From Podarcis bocagei (taxonomy: Eukaryota), in assembly GCA_964188305.1 (NCBI GenBank), contig OZ076890.1: a stretch of DNA of 64,000 bases, one strand, 5' to 3'. This document shows positions 22,323-34,112 of this stretch, piece by piece (position 1 is the stretch's first letter; the number at the start of each line of letters is the position of its first letter). The notes under the pieces are model-generated. The model was not told where the DNA came from and made no database searches. It saw only the letters and a program-made list of their open reading frames with translations. The translations under genes and the position numbers were made by a program.

Positions 22323-24244
22323 TTTTGCATTTATTCTGTCCCTTTTCTGCAAGTGGAGCCCCTTTTTTCATCCAATGTTAATAATTCTGCACACAAAAAT
22401 GCTGTACGTGTGCTCTTTACATTCTTAAGCCTAGCACAAAAACCATCCTTATTGGGGGGGGGGGGAACAGTGCCATGTTTCCATGTCCTTACCTCACAAC
22501 TGTAAAACAAATGACACTTCTTCTAAAAAGCACTTAGATATATTTTGTCCATTTGTCCTTTGAATCAAAAGTTTTAGCCTTCCTTCAATATGCCTCCTGG
22601 AGAATGAAATCTTGTAAATTAGAGCCACTTCTTTTCCAAGGAAAATGTGGCCACCTCTATAGAAAGGAAAGATTTTGAAACTCCTGAAGCAGTTTGAAAA
22701 CCACTATATGCAATTTGTACACTACAAGTCACTCTTAATAGCTTTAATAGCTTTAATAGCTTTAGTCTGAAAATTGTGTCCCCGTCCCATTTTTAATGTA
22801 GAGATATTGAGGATTAGATTCATTTACACCTGTCTACACAGTTTTCATCCATGCATGTTTGGTGGAAAGGAGATTGAGTCCAATCCAATTTATCTGGGAG
22901 TCAGTATCATTGTACAATGGAGATTACACACAAGTGGACATGAAAAGGCTTGCACTGTCAGACAATAAGCATCACATCATTCATATGACCTCCACATTTC
23001 CAGTTGTTCATTAATGACCACAACCAGGATTCTTATAGCATCTGAGTTTCTGTCTAGAGGAAAGGACACAGCAGATTCAATACGTCATCCATAGAACTTT
23101 TTCTGTGAAGATGTCCTCTGTGAAAGGGCATAGTTCCTTGCCCATGCATAATGGGCAGAGATATTGGCCATGCTTTGAATCCTGTGCCAGGGTTAATTCC
23201 ATTAAAGGCTGACTTTTGGATAGATTTCAATCATCAGTACACAAGGAAGAGGACATAATATTTTGTTTACATGGGGGGGGGAGAGAGAGAGAGAGAGAGA
23301 GAGAGAATAATGTTTACTGACCCTCCAGCCTGTTTGTTTCATAATGTGCAGCAGGATGGAATAGGATATAGAAAGGACAAATCCCTTTTGGCTAGATTTG
23401 TTCATGGGAGGAGAAAGGATTCAGTTTTGAAGATGAGCCTTCAGAATCACTTTTAATAGCCTTCAGGAAGCATTTGAAATGCCATTGTGCTATGATATTT
23501 GGCCAGATATCATTCTGAGTGCATCTCGTCTGGGCTTTTTAATTCAAGCAAGACTGCTGAAAAATGACACCCTTAAAATCCAATCCAAAGCAACTGAAAG
23601 AGAGCTAATAGAATGGTTTTGCTACCATTTCAGTGCTTTCAGTAGCTGTCTGTTAGGAATAAATAGGGAACCAGACCCCAGAGCTTATAGTAATAAGATG
23701 CAATGTGCTCTAAACTTCACTTTGAAAAGGAAAGTATCTCAGCAATATGCTTGGTTCCAGTACTATTTCTACTTCTATCACAGTGAAGCTGTTACTTCTA
23801 TTTCAACTTCAAAGCTACAAAGAAGTTGCTTCTCTACCTTTATTGCCTTTAACCTAGATTTCTGTGTGAAACTTTGGGTTCATACCAGTGCCAATCTCAT
23901 GCTAAAAACAGCATTTCCTCAGTCTGCCCATCTGTCACCAGATCAACTTCAGAAGCAAAGTTAAATGGAGAATGTTTTATTTCAGAATCATTTCTTAAAA
24001 TTGCCTGCAGGTGATGTCATTTATCTACAGACTGATACACAGGAATATGGGGAGAAAGGAGAAGATGGAAAACATTTGCTATCTGTAGGAAAGTGCAGTC
24101 TCCCAGCCATTAGGCATAATAAGGTGACTATTTCACATATGAAAGCAGTAGGGAATGTGTGACCCTTAAGATGTTGTGGACTACAACTCCCTCAATCTGA
24201 GCCAACATGGCCAATGACTGGGGTTGATGGGATTTGTAAATCAC

Positions 24245-25541
24245 CAGAGGGATATTTGAATCTGTGCTTTTCAGTTCCTCTCAGTTTCTTGTTTCTCCAA
24301 TTCCACAATTCTACTTCACTTAGCTTTTTTTTAAAAAAAAATATTAAACAATTTTATGAAAATTCACCAGCATTTTAGTACAAATTTATTCCAATACACA
24401 CATTTTTGTATGCAGTTCTGCCTAATATTCCCCCTTTTGGCAAAGCATTGTACACTAATATAAATCATTTCTGCATGGTCTTTTCACTTATATTGAGCAC
24501 TCACACTTTACACTGTGGGTGCCCTTTGCGGGATTGTGCGCGGCACTTCAGACCCCAGGGAACTTACTGGCTGTATGGGCTGACCTGCCTCTCAGTGTTA
24601 TTCTTTGGAGGTTCACACCCAGCCTCAGTTAGTCAATTTACACTGCTGGGAGGTGGGGCCAGTTGCATAAATAGGGGGTGGAGCTGGCAGCAGCCAGACA
24701 ATCGGCTCAGGAGCTTCACCCACCCAACCCTCCCTTTGTTTAATGTTTCTTGTTTGCAGGTTAACCTTTTTCTTCTGTTTAGCGGGCACTGCTACAGTCT
24801 TTTGACTGGTTGCTGATGAAGAACCGGGAGAAAATTTTCCTGCATTGGCAAGTATTGTCTTCCCCGTGGCAATTCGTCACAACTTTGGCGGTTTAAGGCC
24901 TTGGGTGGAATCCTTTAGTCTTTTCTTCCCTATAATGGGTGTGTGTGTGAAGTGGTGACTCACCCCCCTCCCGTGGTGGTGATTCCAGGGTCCCCTCTTA
25001 AAGGGGTCGTAATATGGGTGTCACTGGTCATACACTGAAAGGTTGTCACTGAACAACCCTGTGTGTGGGGATATGGGGTGGGCTGTCTGCATACACATGC
25101 ATCTTGCAGGGTACCCTCATATCTCATTGACCCTGATGTGCCCCAGTTCCCCCAGCTGGGGGGCTAGGGGGGGATACACGCCCAATGCCTAAGCCAAGGT
25201 CTCCCTACATTTGAAAGTTTAATAAAGTTGTGGCCAAATTTTAATTCCATAACACGTTGTCACAAGTCTTTATTTCTTTCTGGTGGTTCCTGGGGGCTGG
25301 GAGGGTTGCTGCCTGGTCACACAGATACATTTTATGCACATTTTACTGGAGAATATACATTTTTTGTGGAGAATATACAGTTTTTGAACACATTAATTGA
25401 CTGGTGAACTGCATTGCAAGATTCAGAGAATTACGGATTTTGAATGATAGCCGAGTTTTGGTTCCTGTGTTGTTTGGTAAAGTGAGGATTAGGCAGTTTC
25501 ACCCTTAGATGCAAATTACACCATCTTTTCTCCCCAACTCT
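24245..25541 (+). mobile_element. AT-rich dispersed non-autonomous repeat (DNA-transposon-like) split by the 24514-25323 insertion
   Basis: Shares gaactgca...attcagagaa blocks and degenerate tagggatgg/ccatcccta-like ends with 38259-38623 and 48927-49314. Confidence 0.55.
24514..25323 (+). mobile_element. Solo terminal-repeat unit, probably DIRS/Ngaro-type (copy 2)
   Basis: cataaata TATA-like box ~24666, cccacccaaccctccc, tcgtcacaactt, caatgcctaagccaa, aataaagttgtggccaaa at 25221. Confidence 0.55.
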
Positions 25542-27984
25542 GGTCAAGGGCTACAGGCTCTGTATCCTTGACATACGACCCATTGTTGCACTATGTCTAT
25601 TGACAGAAAGGGAAAGTTATGTAAGGACATGAAAGTGAAAGAACACAGCATTACCAGGACAAATTGTTTGCCCATTTAACCCAGCATTGTCTGCTTTGAT
25701 GGGTGAAGACATGGTCTCAGGCATCACATCACTTGCTATTTGATCTTTTAAAATGGATTTGCCCTGGATTGAACCTAAGAGCTTCAGCATTTATAGTGTG
25801 TCCTCTACCACTGACCTATAGCCCCTCTCCAATGATACAGAGTCTTCCTTTGTTTCTAGTAGAAAGCAAATTGAAGTTTTAATGGGATAGTCTAGTAGGT
25901 AGCAAAGGGGGCCATTCAGGGAAAGAGGGGACTTAGTAGGCCCACCAAATGAACAAAACCAATCATGCATCACTCCAAATCAAAGTCAAGGGATTTAAAT
26001 TGTGAAATAAAGAGTTGCATTTATGTAGTACATTCCTTATATTTGTAATGATAATCAAATCATAGCATATAATAAGTATAAATTACTTCTGGATTATATC
26101 ACCTGAAGATGTTGATTTACCTGTTCAGTAATAGTCAAAATGTCATTTGGGCTTAACATCAGAGTAGAGATGTCTTCATTTCCTTAGAAGCTTTCGAGTT
26201 TCCTAATCTCCATGGAGTAGTTTTGATATAGTCTTCAAAACTGAACACAGGGAACATGTGAGAAAAGCAGCAATCAAAAAGCTGTCTTTTTGTCCGTGAC
26301 AAAGACTTAAGGGACCTATAGGGTGTCAGAATAAAGAGTTTTGCTGGAAGTTTTCTGTTTTACAAAGTCTCCAGTCTCCCCAAAGTAGAAGTTATGCTTC
26401 AGAGAGTTCAAGAGATGAGCATTATTTTGTATCCACCTGTAAAATTTCTGAAGATTGTGTGACTAATCAGTTCTTTTGATTCCACTTCTTCCCTGTCAGC
26501 AAGTCAAATATTAAATATATACCTCTCATCTTTGAAACTAAAGCAACCAGAGAGAATTCATTACTGTCTAGATGTTTGAAAACCTCTAAATCCTCCAATT
26601 CCAATGATAAATTAGGTTGCAATGGGACTAAAACTTCCATTTATCAAAAAATTCTATTCAGAGAGTAATCCCCAAACAGTTACAACTGGATATGGATTCA
26701 ATGAAATATTATATCTTCAAGTAATGGAGGTGGTAAGATCAAATGCAGTGGAAACTGTCCCTCTTTTAAAGCTTTAGGCTGTGTTTCTATTATTTACCTG
26801 GGAGTAAGCCCAATGAACTCAGTGGACATTTATAGGCTTGTGCTGCACTTGTGTTTAGAGAAGTTGTGAGTTTATAGTCCAGACGAAGACAAACGCAGTT
26901 TGGACTTTGCAGACTATGCCAGGAATATTCACTAATGTTTTGCAAGTGTGTGTATGTGTGTTTATATATGAAACTGTTTTATGTGTTTTATTGTGGATGT
27001 TTTTATAGTCCTTATACTTTATTACAAAATAGCTTTGATATCCTTCATAGGAAGTGAAATAAATGTAACAACTCGAGAGTATTGTTTCCTCACATTAAAT
27101 TCATTTTAAGATTTTTACTTTCTTCAAATGCTTTGAGATTTCTTTGCCACTCCCTTTAAACCTAGACCCTGCAATAACGTATTAATCAGCTTTTATTTCT
27201 GTATATAACATCTAAAATAAAAATCTTTCTTTTTATGCTTCTAATGCTGGTATTGTAAATAGGTAAAAAAATCCTTTGCCTTTCCTAGCATGTATGGTTG
27301 GCTCCTGAATGTCCTCAACACCCCCTACCTGTCTGCTTCCATACTTACAACCAGTTCAGGGGGGTGGCCTTGGCTGTCAGCCTCCTTCTCCTTAGTCTTG
27401 GTGCTGCCCTTGAAGGGAGGAGGATGGGGAGAAAAGCTGAAATAGTTGTCTCCACCTAAGATTGTCTTTAGCTCTATCAGTGATTTACTCTGGCACCTCT
27501 TACTGCCAGCTTCCCTGACTTCCACCCTACCAGTCTCAATGGGCACCAGCTTCCACTGACTACCACCAATCAGCGTTGGAAAAATTGTGAAGTGACCTGA
27601 TATATAGAAGTTCCCCTGAAATTCAGGGGGGAAATGGTAAAATACAATCAGCAACATCTCAGAGGGTATGGCCCTAGTCTGATCCAAAGAGCCCTTGACA
27701 CACAGACATAAATCCTGTACTCTGCTTAGCACTGGTCTGCCAACTGATGTGTCTTTTTTCTCCAACATTTTGTTTTGAAGCTGCATGAACCATGGCCTGT
27801 GGAGCTCCTTGGAGAAAAAGTAGGATATTATGCTAAATCTAAAATGTAGTTATAAAGAAAAGGCTAGTTTTCCCCCGCTCCTTCCATAACCATTTTTTTT
27901 CCCTGATCACAAAAGGGGCTATCTGGATCCATTGCCCAAAATATTTTGTTCTTATGGTTTACCCCAGTCTTGCTCTAACAAATA

Positions 27985-28228
27985 TTTTATTTATTTATTT
28001 ATCTATCTGTTTGTTTGTTTATGTCCCACCTTTCCATCAATGAGCTCCAGGTTACATATATGGTTCTTCCACTCCTCATTTAATCCCCACAACAACAATG
28101 TGAGTTAGGTTAGGCTGAGATGTAGTATCTGGTCCAAGGTCACTATGTGAGCTTCATGACTGAGTGGGAACTTGAACCCGGATCCCTCAGCTCATAGCCT
28201 GACACTCTAATCACTACACCACCCTGGC
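27985..28228 (-). mobile_element. Older tRNA-derived (MIR/Squam3-like) SINE
   Basis: ccaaggtcac...gagcttcatgactgagtggg...ctaatcactacaccaccctggc head on the minus strand; (TTTA)n tail; partial copy at ~51245-51345. Confidence 0.7.
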
Positions 28229-28287
28229 TACTGGATAAGGGCATGTTGCATCTCTTACTTCAGTCAAAGAAGTGTGATGGTACTATA

Positions 28288-28399
28288 CAGTGGTACCTCG
28301 GGTTACATACGCTTCAGGTTACATCCGCTTCAGGTTACACACTCCGCTTACCCAGAAATAGTGCTTCAGGTTAAGAACATTGCTTCAGGATAAGAACAG
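28288..28399. mobile_element. Truncated Tc1/mariner MITE (CAGTGGTACCTCGGGTT family)
   Basis: TA followed by one TIR and the first ~110 bp of the 32292-32530 element. Confidence 0.85.
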
Positions 28400-30594
28400 T
28401 AAATGGATATATTGACTGATAATCTGGCTGTTAAATTTTTTCATATATATACCGTAGCAGAGACAAATCTGCTCTTCCAACAGTGAATTGCACTAATTGG
28501 TAATAATATTGCCTGAGATATATTAGCTTAATCCTGATATAAAAGCAATGTATTTAGAGCTGCACTAAGCACACACACACACACACACACACAAACAAAC
28601 AAACAAACAATTTTTGTTTTCTGTTGCATTGTTTTTAATAAGTTGCTTATGATTTATTCGGTTTGTTTACAAGCATTCATTAAACTAGTGTTACACCAAG
28701 ACACAGGTTTTTGAAACTGCTTCACAAATAGCTTACAGTGCCTTGTAGGTTAAGCTTATAAGGTTTGTTTTGTTGTGTCGTTTCATTGCAGCTTCTTCTA
28801 TGGTGTTTATCACACTTGGGTTTGCTTGAAGTGAGTGTTCCTTTCTTAAAGCGTTTAAGAAACCAATTTTATATCCCCAGGAATGCCTAACACTCCAAGT
28901 GAACTTCAGCAATGAGCACATCAAGAAATAGGAACAGATTTAAGGAAGAAGCAGCCTTCAAGCAAACAAAATCTAAAAGTATCACATGCAACCTTACATT
29001 TCTGCATATGAACTTATCAAAAGCAGGAGTCTGTTCCCTTGTCCATGCTCACTAGCAAAGAGATTTTCATAGAACATGATGAGATATCATGACATGCACA
29101 TGAAATGGGGCTTTTGTAAAGCTTGGTATGGCACTGGATTTTAGGAGCAAGACCCACATTTCAGAAAGATTCCAGAGCAGTTAATCACCAGAGCAAGATT
29201 ATTTTGAGAAATCAGAGGACAGATTTTGGCATAACACTGACAGCAACTGCATTTTATTTTGATAGGGTGCTTCTTCTTGTACCTGAGCAGTTCGGCTGTG
29301 TCGTGGAAGCCAACAGATCTAGCACACAATTAAACATGTTGGGAATGATCTTCCAAAGCACAATTTTTTAATGAACTAGATTCCTGTGTTTCTGCACAGT
29401 GGCTCATTCCTAAATTATAAGATACCAGTCCTTATTCTTGTTGGGGATGTCACCAGAAAAGATATAGAAGGATGTGGTTATAAGGAATATATACACCAAA
29501 CCCATTCAATCTAGCAGCTTTCAGGAAGAAAAGTTTCCACATGCATTCTATAGGAAATGAGTTTCCTTCTGTGGTGTCACTGAACCAGTTAACAAGATTT
29601 CAGTCACATTTAGATTGACTTTAATTATTCTTATTTTTATTACTTTCACAACCAGCTGTTTCTGAAATTGATTATTTCTGCTTGCTGTTTCTAAACATGT
29701 TCAGTGTGAACCAACATATGTGGATCTGTATGGATAATGTAAGTTTGATTATATGTTTTACACTTTATATGAGTATTAATTTTCTCTTGCCATATTCATA
29801 ACTCAGTATGATGCTGTCAGCAGCTCCACCTTCTGTGCTGCAAATTAATTGGAACAGCCAATTCAAAATTGTTCATTATTTGGAAGCAAATTACATTTTG
29901 AATGCTCAGTTTAGCTATAAGTTATACCGCTTGTATAGTTCTTGTGGTGGCGGGGTGTGTGTGTAAATACTATGATCTGCTGACATCACTACTGCAATAA
30001 ACACTTGGCTAAGAATTTCTGGACCTCCTCCATTTATATAATAGGGTTATGGCAATTTAGAAAGATGGGAAAAGATTGTGTTCTGTGAGGTTGAAGTATT
30101 TAAAGGCCAAGCAGATCTGCAGAAATATCTCATTGCCACTGGGAAAGGTATGCTACAGAAAATTATAAAGAATTTACATTTTCATTGGAAAGTACCAACT
30201 TTTTAGTGAGTTCTCCATAATGAGCCCCATTCACTTAGCTAAAGGAGAATCACTGTGATTTAGTGGTTAGAAGGTAGGACTAGTACTTGAGTGACCCAGG
30301 TTCAATTTCTAGCTCACTCAATATGCTCTGAGTAATACTGAGCCAGTTATGCACTGAATATCTGAAACCTGAAGAACTGCTACCAGTCAGAGTGGATGAG
30401 CTGGATGGTTCTATGGATAAGCATAAAGCAGTTTCATAAGAAGGTCATCAGATACATGACTATTTCAATGGACTGTAAAGTCCTGCTTATTTAGAAATGA
30501 ATTCTCTTTGCATATAACCATTTTTGTTTTCATAAAAAGAAAATAAATATACAGTAAATATCCCCACAGAGAGGTTACAACTAGAAAATCTATT

Positions 30595-31393
30595 AAGATC
30601 CTTCCCATGCCCAATAAGCACGGGACGCCTTTGCCCAGTGGCGCTATGGCCTATAGATTGCAGCAAAATACTGGACAAGGTTTTGTCCAGTATCTTCTCT
30701 GTGTGATGGGATCATGGGAAAAGCTGTTGCATGAAGGCTGCTTCCCATGCTTTATAAGGCTGCTTCCCATGGATCTCACAGGCATTTTGCTTTGAGAGCT
30801 TTCCACTCACCCACCTTCCCTTGGGTTAGAGCCTTCACTGAGCAATTTTGGGTCACTGGTTGACAGGGCTGGAAAGGAATTTTTCTCTCTCAACCTGATG
30901 GGCACTTGGTTGAGTTCCCCCACCCCCACCTATCCCTCAGTGAAATTACAGATTTCGTTTGTTAGGTGGAAGAACATTGTTTGTATGAGGGTCGAAATGG
31001 CATTGGTCAGGATCAACATAGTATGGCGGGCCACCCCCATAAGGGGGAGAATGGACCACAGCAAACCCAATTGTGGGTTCAGTATCTGCCTGGTTGGAAT
31101 CTGCACCCTGGTCTGCCAGTGAGACCCCTGCTTGCTTGACTTGCACCACAGCAAGGTTCAACACTGGGCAACTCCCATCGTACAGGTTTGGAGCAATCCA
31201 AACCCAGTGGATCCATTCCATCAACATGCGGCTTGTGGAATGATGAACTGATCCTGGGACTCAATGCCATGCTAACCCTTGCCCTGCCTGCTGCTGCTGT
31301 CAATAAAGATTTGCCCTGATTTTATCCCATCACCGTTGTATAGCTTGTTATTTTGCTGCTTTCATGGGTCATATAATGTGCCTGCCTGGGCAA
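30595..31393 (+). mobile_element. Solo terminal-repeat unit, probably DIRS/Ngaro-type (copy 3, second subfamily)
   Basis: tttataa ~30751, ccactcacccaccttccc, AATAAA 31302, GCAA end; high similarity to 57929-58406. Confidence 0.55.
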
Positions 31394-32291
31394 ATAATAT
31401 TTATTATTTTGTGGTGAATTCCTTAATATGATTTAATTATTTTCCAGTACAGCATAAAAGGGTTCCTAATTGTCTATAAGTATAGGCTGTCTATTTTGCC
31501 TACATCTTTTGTAATGCATAATTATCATCACCCAAGTTTGCCAGCCACTTGAAAGTTAATTGTCAACAGTAGAAAATTTGGTTTCTTCCAATATTTTGCA
31601 TTGACTATACGAACTGTAATTAACAAATTGTAGCCCAAATAGCCCTAGGCACAAACCATCTGCCTTGTCCTTATTTGAATTTATTTGGGATTGCCAGCTG
31701 CTATTCAACATTTTCTTTGTTGATTGACTTTGTTGATATTTTTTCTTGTTTGTTTTTAATGTTCATATCTCAACCTTAGAAAAATTGCATGCAAAATCTG
31801 GTTACAAATTATATAAACAAATGATGCACAAATAAAACAAAATGATGAACCAATACATCAGTAGCCTCGTACCTGTTGTAGGGGGAAAGACAATGGTGTC
31901 CAATTCCAGGTAACCCACAGGACCAGACATCTTGCTGGCTAAGGTGTCAAGGTGAACAGATTTTCACAACCTGGTCAGAGATAACCTCACATGTCCTTCC
32001 CTGGCAATACTAATGACAATTATGAAAACTATAGACACATTTGTTGCTCTTTCATGACAGAGGCGGGTCATCTCCTCCCATTAAGCCTTTTGATGTGATT
32101 TCACAACACAATGAAAACTTATACAAAACAATGGCATATATGCAAAAAACAAAACAAAACAAAACCCCATTCCCTGCCTGATGGTAGAGCTGGGCCTCGG
32201 GTAGCAAGCAGGTAGATTTCCAAAATTATCCCTAATACTCTTAGCTATCATGACCAAAGGTGAGGGATGGTGAGGGTGTCTTTCATCAATA

Positions 32292-32530
32292 TAGTGGTAC
32301 CTCGGGTTACATACGCTTCAGGTTACAGACGCTTCAGGTTACAGACTCCGCTAACCCAGAAAGTTCTCGGGTTAAGAACTTTGCTTCAGGATGAAAACAG
32401 AAATCGTGCTCTGGCGGCACAGCGACAGCAGGAGGCCCCATTAGCTAAAGTGGTGCTTCAGGTTAAGAACAGTTTCAGGTTCAGAACGGACCTCCGGAAC
32501 GAATTAAGTACTTAACCCGAGGTACCACTG
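32292..32530. mobile_element. Tc1/mariner MITE (CAGTGGTACCTCGGGTT family)
   Basis: TIRs tagtggtacctcgggtta / taacccgaggtaccactg; TA TSD; internal gcttcaggtta repeats. Confidence 0.9.
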
Positions 32531-33201
32531 TACCTGGAGGGCCACAAGTTACCAATTGCTTCTTTATAACACAGCAAAAGTAATGATGAAGAATCATTTT
32601 TCAGATCCCTTATATAAAGACTTATGGTGACTTAATTTGAATCTGCATCTTAGTATGTTGTGTGCCAAAGCATGATTGGAATTGTGAAACATGCTTCAAA
32701 TTTAATCTGGTTTTAATATGCTTTTATTTATTTTTTTATTTTTGCTAATCCTGGTGAATGATTCAGGATGAATAAAAAAAACTCCATTTCCTAGAGACCA
32801 GTTTGGCAGGAACAGCTTAGATTTCAGTTACATCTTAGAAGCAGCCTTTGCCTTTGATCTCAGCACCTGCTCTCTCCATTTTGTAAATGTTTAGCCTTGT
32901 GGAAGCTCCGAGACAAGTTTCAGCTGATGGTCCAGTTGTATAGTTGGAGACAAAAAGGGGCAAAAAGCAGAGTATGAGCTCAGGAGGAAGATGAGGTAGT
33001 TTATTTGGCCACTTAGTGAAGCAAGTTGTTTAGACTGAGGAGATAATGTGGATTCATCAGGCCAAGTGCGTCTCAATTGGTTTGTGGAGTCAGCTGACTG
33101 CATTCAGGCCGGAAGAGCATTAGAGGATACCCTTGAATCAACAAGCCTTATCTACTTGTTTTGCTGAAGGACCAGAATGTAAGCGGCACTTAAGATAGCT
33201 C

Positions 33202-33372
33202 AGGAACATAGGAAGCTGCCTTATACTTAGGCCATTAGGCCGCCTAGCTCATTATTGTCTATGCTGATGGGCAACAGGTCTCTGGGGTCTCAGACAGAGT
33301 TTTCTCTTGGAGGTGGTGCAAATTAAACCTGTGATCCTCCACACACAAACTATACACTCTGCCCCTAAGTCA
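33202..33372 (-). mobile_element. Degenerate tRNA-Ala-like CR1-tailed SINE
   Basis: ggaacataggaagctgccttatac resembles the reverse complement of the 17749-17946 tail. Confidence 0.6.
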
Positions 33373-33516
33373 TGCATGGGCTATCCCAGGAGGCCTGATT
33401 CCCGAAGACTCATGTTTAAGTTACACATACACACCCCTCACTTCACAATATTATGTTTATTGTTGTTGTTCTGACCATCATGGTCATATCAACCACAGGG
33501 GTTGCTCTGGTTTGAA

Positions 33517-33884
33517 CATATCACACCAATCCTGGTCTGACTGCACTGGCTACCAATTAGTTTCCAGGCCCAATTCAAAGTGCTGGTTTTTACCTACAAA
33601 GCCTTAAATGGCCCAGGACCACAATACCTCAAGGACTGCCCATTTCCATATGAACCTACCGAGACCCTGAGATCATCTTCTAAGGCCTTTCTTCATGTGC
33701 CTCTTCCTCGAGAGGTCTGAAGGGTGGCAACACAAGAATTCTCTGCAGTGGCTCCCCATCTGTGGAATGCTCTCCCCAGGGAAGATTGTCTGGCGCCCTC
33801 ATTATACACCTTTAGGTGCCAGGCAAAAATATTCCCTTTTAACTAGGCCTTTGGTTGATTTGATTTACACCCTATGCTCTTTTA

Positions 33885-33925
<41 letters not shown>

Positions 33926-34044
33926 GGAGGAATTATTGGGTTGTCATTTTTGTTTTTATTATGTACTTTGTTTTATATTTTGATTTTATTCTGTGAACCG
34001 TCCTGAGACCCCCAGGCATAGGGCATTATATAAAATAAATAAAT

Positions 34045-34045
<1 letters not shown>
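33517..34045 (+). mobile_element. 5'-truncated L2 LINE with internal (GT)n
   Basis: ctgcactggctacca...ttcaaagtgctggtttttacctacaaagcc (LHWLP...FKVLVFTYKA); followed by (CAG)n(CAA)n. Confidence 0.85.

Positions 34046-34112
<67 letters not shown>
34045..34112. repeat. Compound (CAG)n(CAA)n microsatellite
   Basis: Seen directly at the end of an L2 tail. Confidence 0.95.

Noticed and set aside
22733-22765. Short tandem duplications (also 4869-4909 and 56126-56152)
   Set aside because: Ordinary slippage products with no sign of function.
23479-23964. 161-aa ORF
   Set aside because: No homology recognised; composition is typical of random AT-rich DNA.
24813-24845. CTGATGA...GAAA as a second hammerhead
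   Set aside because: No credible helix I or II pairing.
27325-27786. 153-aa minus-strand ORF
   Set aside because: No recognisable motifs or exon context.
28310-28390. gcttcaggtta periodic repeats as a CRISPR-like array
   Set aside because: Subterminal repeats of a mariner MITE in eukaryotic DNA; no spacer structure.
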